From assembly GCA_013239625.1 (NCBI GenBank), contig MU053482.1, positions 4,239,922 through 4,303,921 of the forward strand: 64,000 nucleotides of DNA. Direction: 5' to 3'. Below, one piece after another: positions 63,065-64,000 of the stretch (within the stretch, counting starts at the first letter, position 1; the number at the start of each line of letters is the position of its first letter). A program made the position numbers and the translations under genes. Under the pieces are notes generated by a model that saw only the letters and a program-made list of their open reading frames with translations, had not been told where the DNA came from and ran no database searches. Source of the stretch: Lama guanicoe. Lineage: Eukaryota.

Positions 63065-63210
63065 AGGTCACTTGGCCTCTGCTTTAAACTGATGAATATG
63101 AAAGATGAGAATAATAATACCTACAACGTAGGGCTGCTGTGAGGATTAAACGAGAAAGTATTTAGCCCCGTGCCCGACACGTGGCAGGTGCACAATAAAC
63201 GGCAGCCATT
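63065..63210 (+). mobile_element. MIR SINE 3' part
   Basis: 'gaataataatacctac...tagggctgctgtgaggattaaacgag...gtgcacaataaa'. Confidence 0.75.
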
Positions 63211-63759
63211 GCTGCGGGAACCAGCTCCTACACATAAGCCCCTCTGCCTTCCAATGGGCATGGCCCAGGTGCTCCAGTCTGCCCTAGTTCTGGTTGGGAC
63301 AGACCTTTCCCAAAGTCTGGACTGAAGGTGGAGGGCAGCCACAGATGACCTCCTGGCCTACTTCGTGCAATTGCAGGCTTAGGCGAGGCTCCAGAAAGTG
63401 ATGCAGAGAGCACACAAAGCCAGCTGTGGACGATGAGGCCCAAAGGGACAGGGCGCTCAGGGCGGTTCTCCCTAGCACGGGGCTCTGACTCAGGCCTCTG
63501 CAAAGCTGCCAGGCACACCTCCTGTTCCCATCAAGAAATAAAAATAGAAAAGGAAGGCGACCCCTGATATTCCAGGCTACAGGGAAGCTCCTCTCCAATA
63601 CCCATTTGGAAAGGCAGGGGAGTTAAGACAAAGCTTCTCCATGTAACACAAAGGCCTGCATGTCCAAGCTAGGCCTCTAGCCCCGGCTCCCATGCTTCTC
63701 AGTGTCCCCACAGGTCTCCCTGCATCCATATGCTCCCCTCTAGCCCACCTTCCACACGG

Positions 63760-64000
63760 CACCCAGGGTGAGCAGCATACACATAGATTCCATCCTCCCC
63801 AGCCTACAATCCATTCAGTGGAGGCTCCCTATTGCTTTCCAGAGAAGGTCCAGACTCCTTGGTATGGCATTCGAGGCCTTTCACAGCCCTGCCAGCCTCT
63901 CACCTAGCCCCACATGCTCTGTCTGCCATTCCTGGGATACACCATGTTCGCTCACATTTGCAGGCATCTGTGTGTGCTCTCTCTGCCTGGAGCACCCAGA
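63760..64000 (+). mobile_element. L2 fragment
   Basis: 'ccattcagtggaggctccctattgc...tccagactccttggtatggcattcgaggcctttcac'. Confidence 0.7.

Noticed and set aside
1..64000. The ORFs of 60-205 aa in the supplied track
   Set aside because: They overlap on both strands, have low-complexity Pro/Ser/Gly/Cys-rich composition, often lie in repeats and show no recognisable domain; this is expected noise in mammalian non-coding DNA.
1..64000. CRISPR array, operon or prokaryotic defence system
   Set aside because: The sequence is mammalian, with no regularly spaced repeats and no gene-dense architecture.

Overview
This is mammalian genomic DNA, most likely camelid (Camelus/Vicugna/Lama), judged from a tRNA-derived Vic-1-type SINE with a perfect 16-bp target-site duplication (TSD) and artiodactyl-style L1 3' ends. 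I recognise no protein-coding gene, RNA gene or CRISPR array. The ORF track looks like noise, apart from a frameshifted L1 ORF2 C-terminal remnant at about 60.06-60.3 kb. The window reads as intronic or intergenic sequence dense in old repeats (MIR, L2, HAL1/L1M, MLT1/MLT2/LTR16/MER21/MER31 LTRs, MER33/MER20/MER5/MER103/Tigger DNA elements), with a few younger insertions and several repeat-free, motif-dense blocks that may be enhancers. I found no convincing new biological system. The best leads are: (1) a young ERV1-type solo LTR I cannot name, nested in MLT1 nested in MIR; (2) a TSD-flanked L1 lacking its 3' end and poly(A), suggesting internal priming; (3) a diverged ~75-bp direct-repeat pair bracketing an enhancer-like block; (4) a perfect 27-bp palindrome; (5) two orphan exon candidates; (6) an RFX X-box block; (7) a possible GC-biased substitution zone. 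Repeat family names come from my recall of consensus sequences, not from a search, and boundaries without TSDs are approximate.
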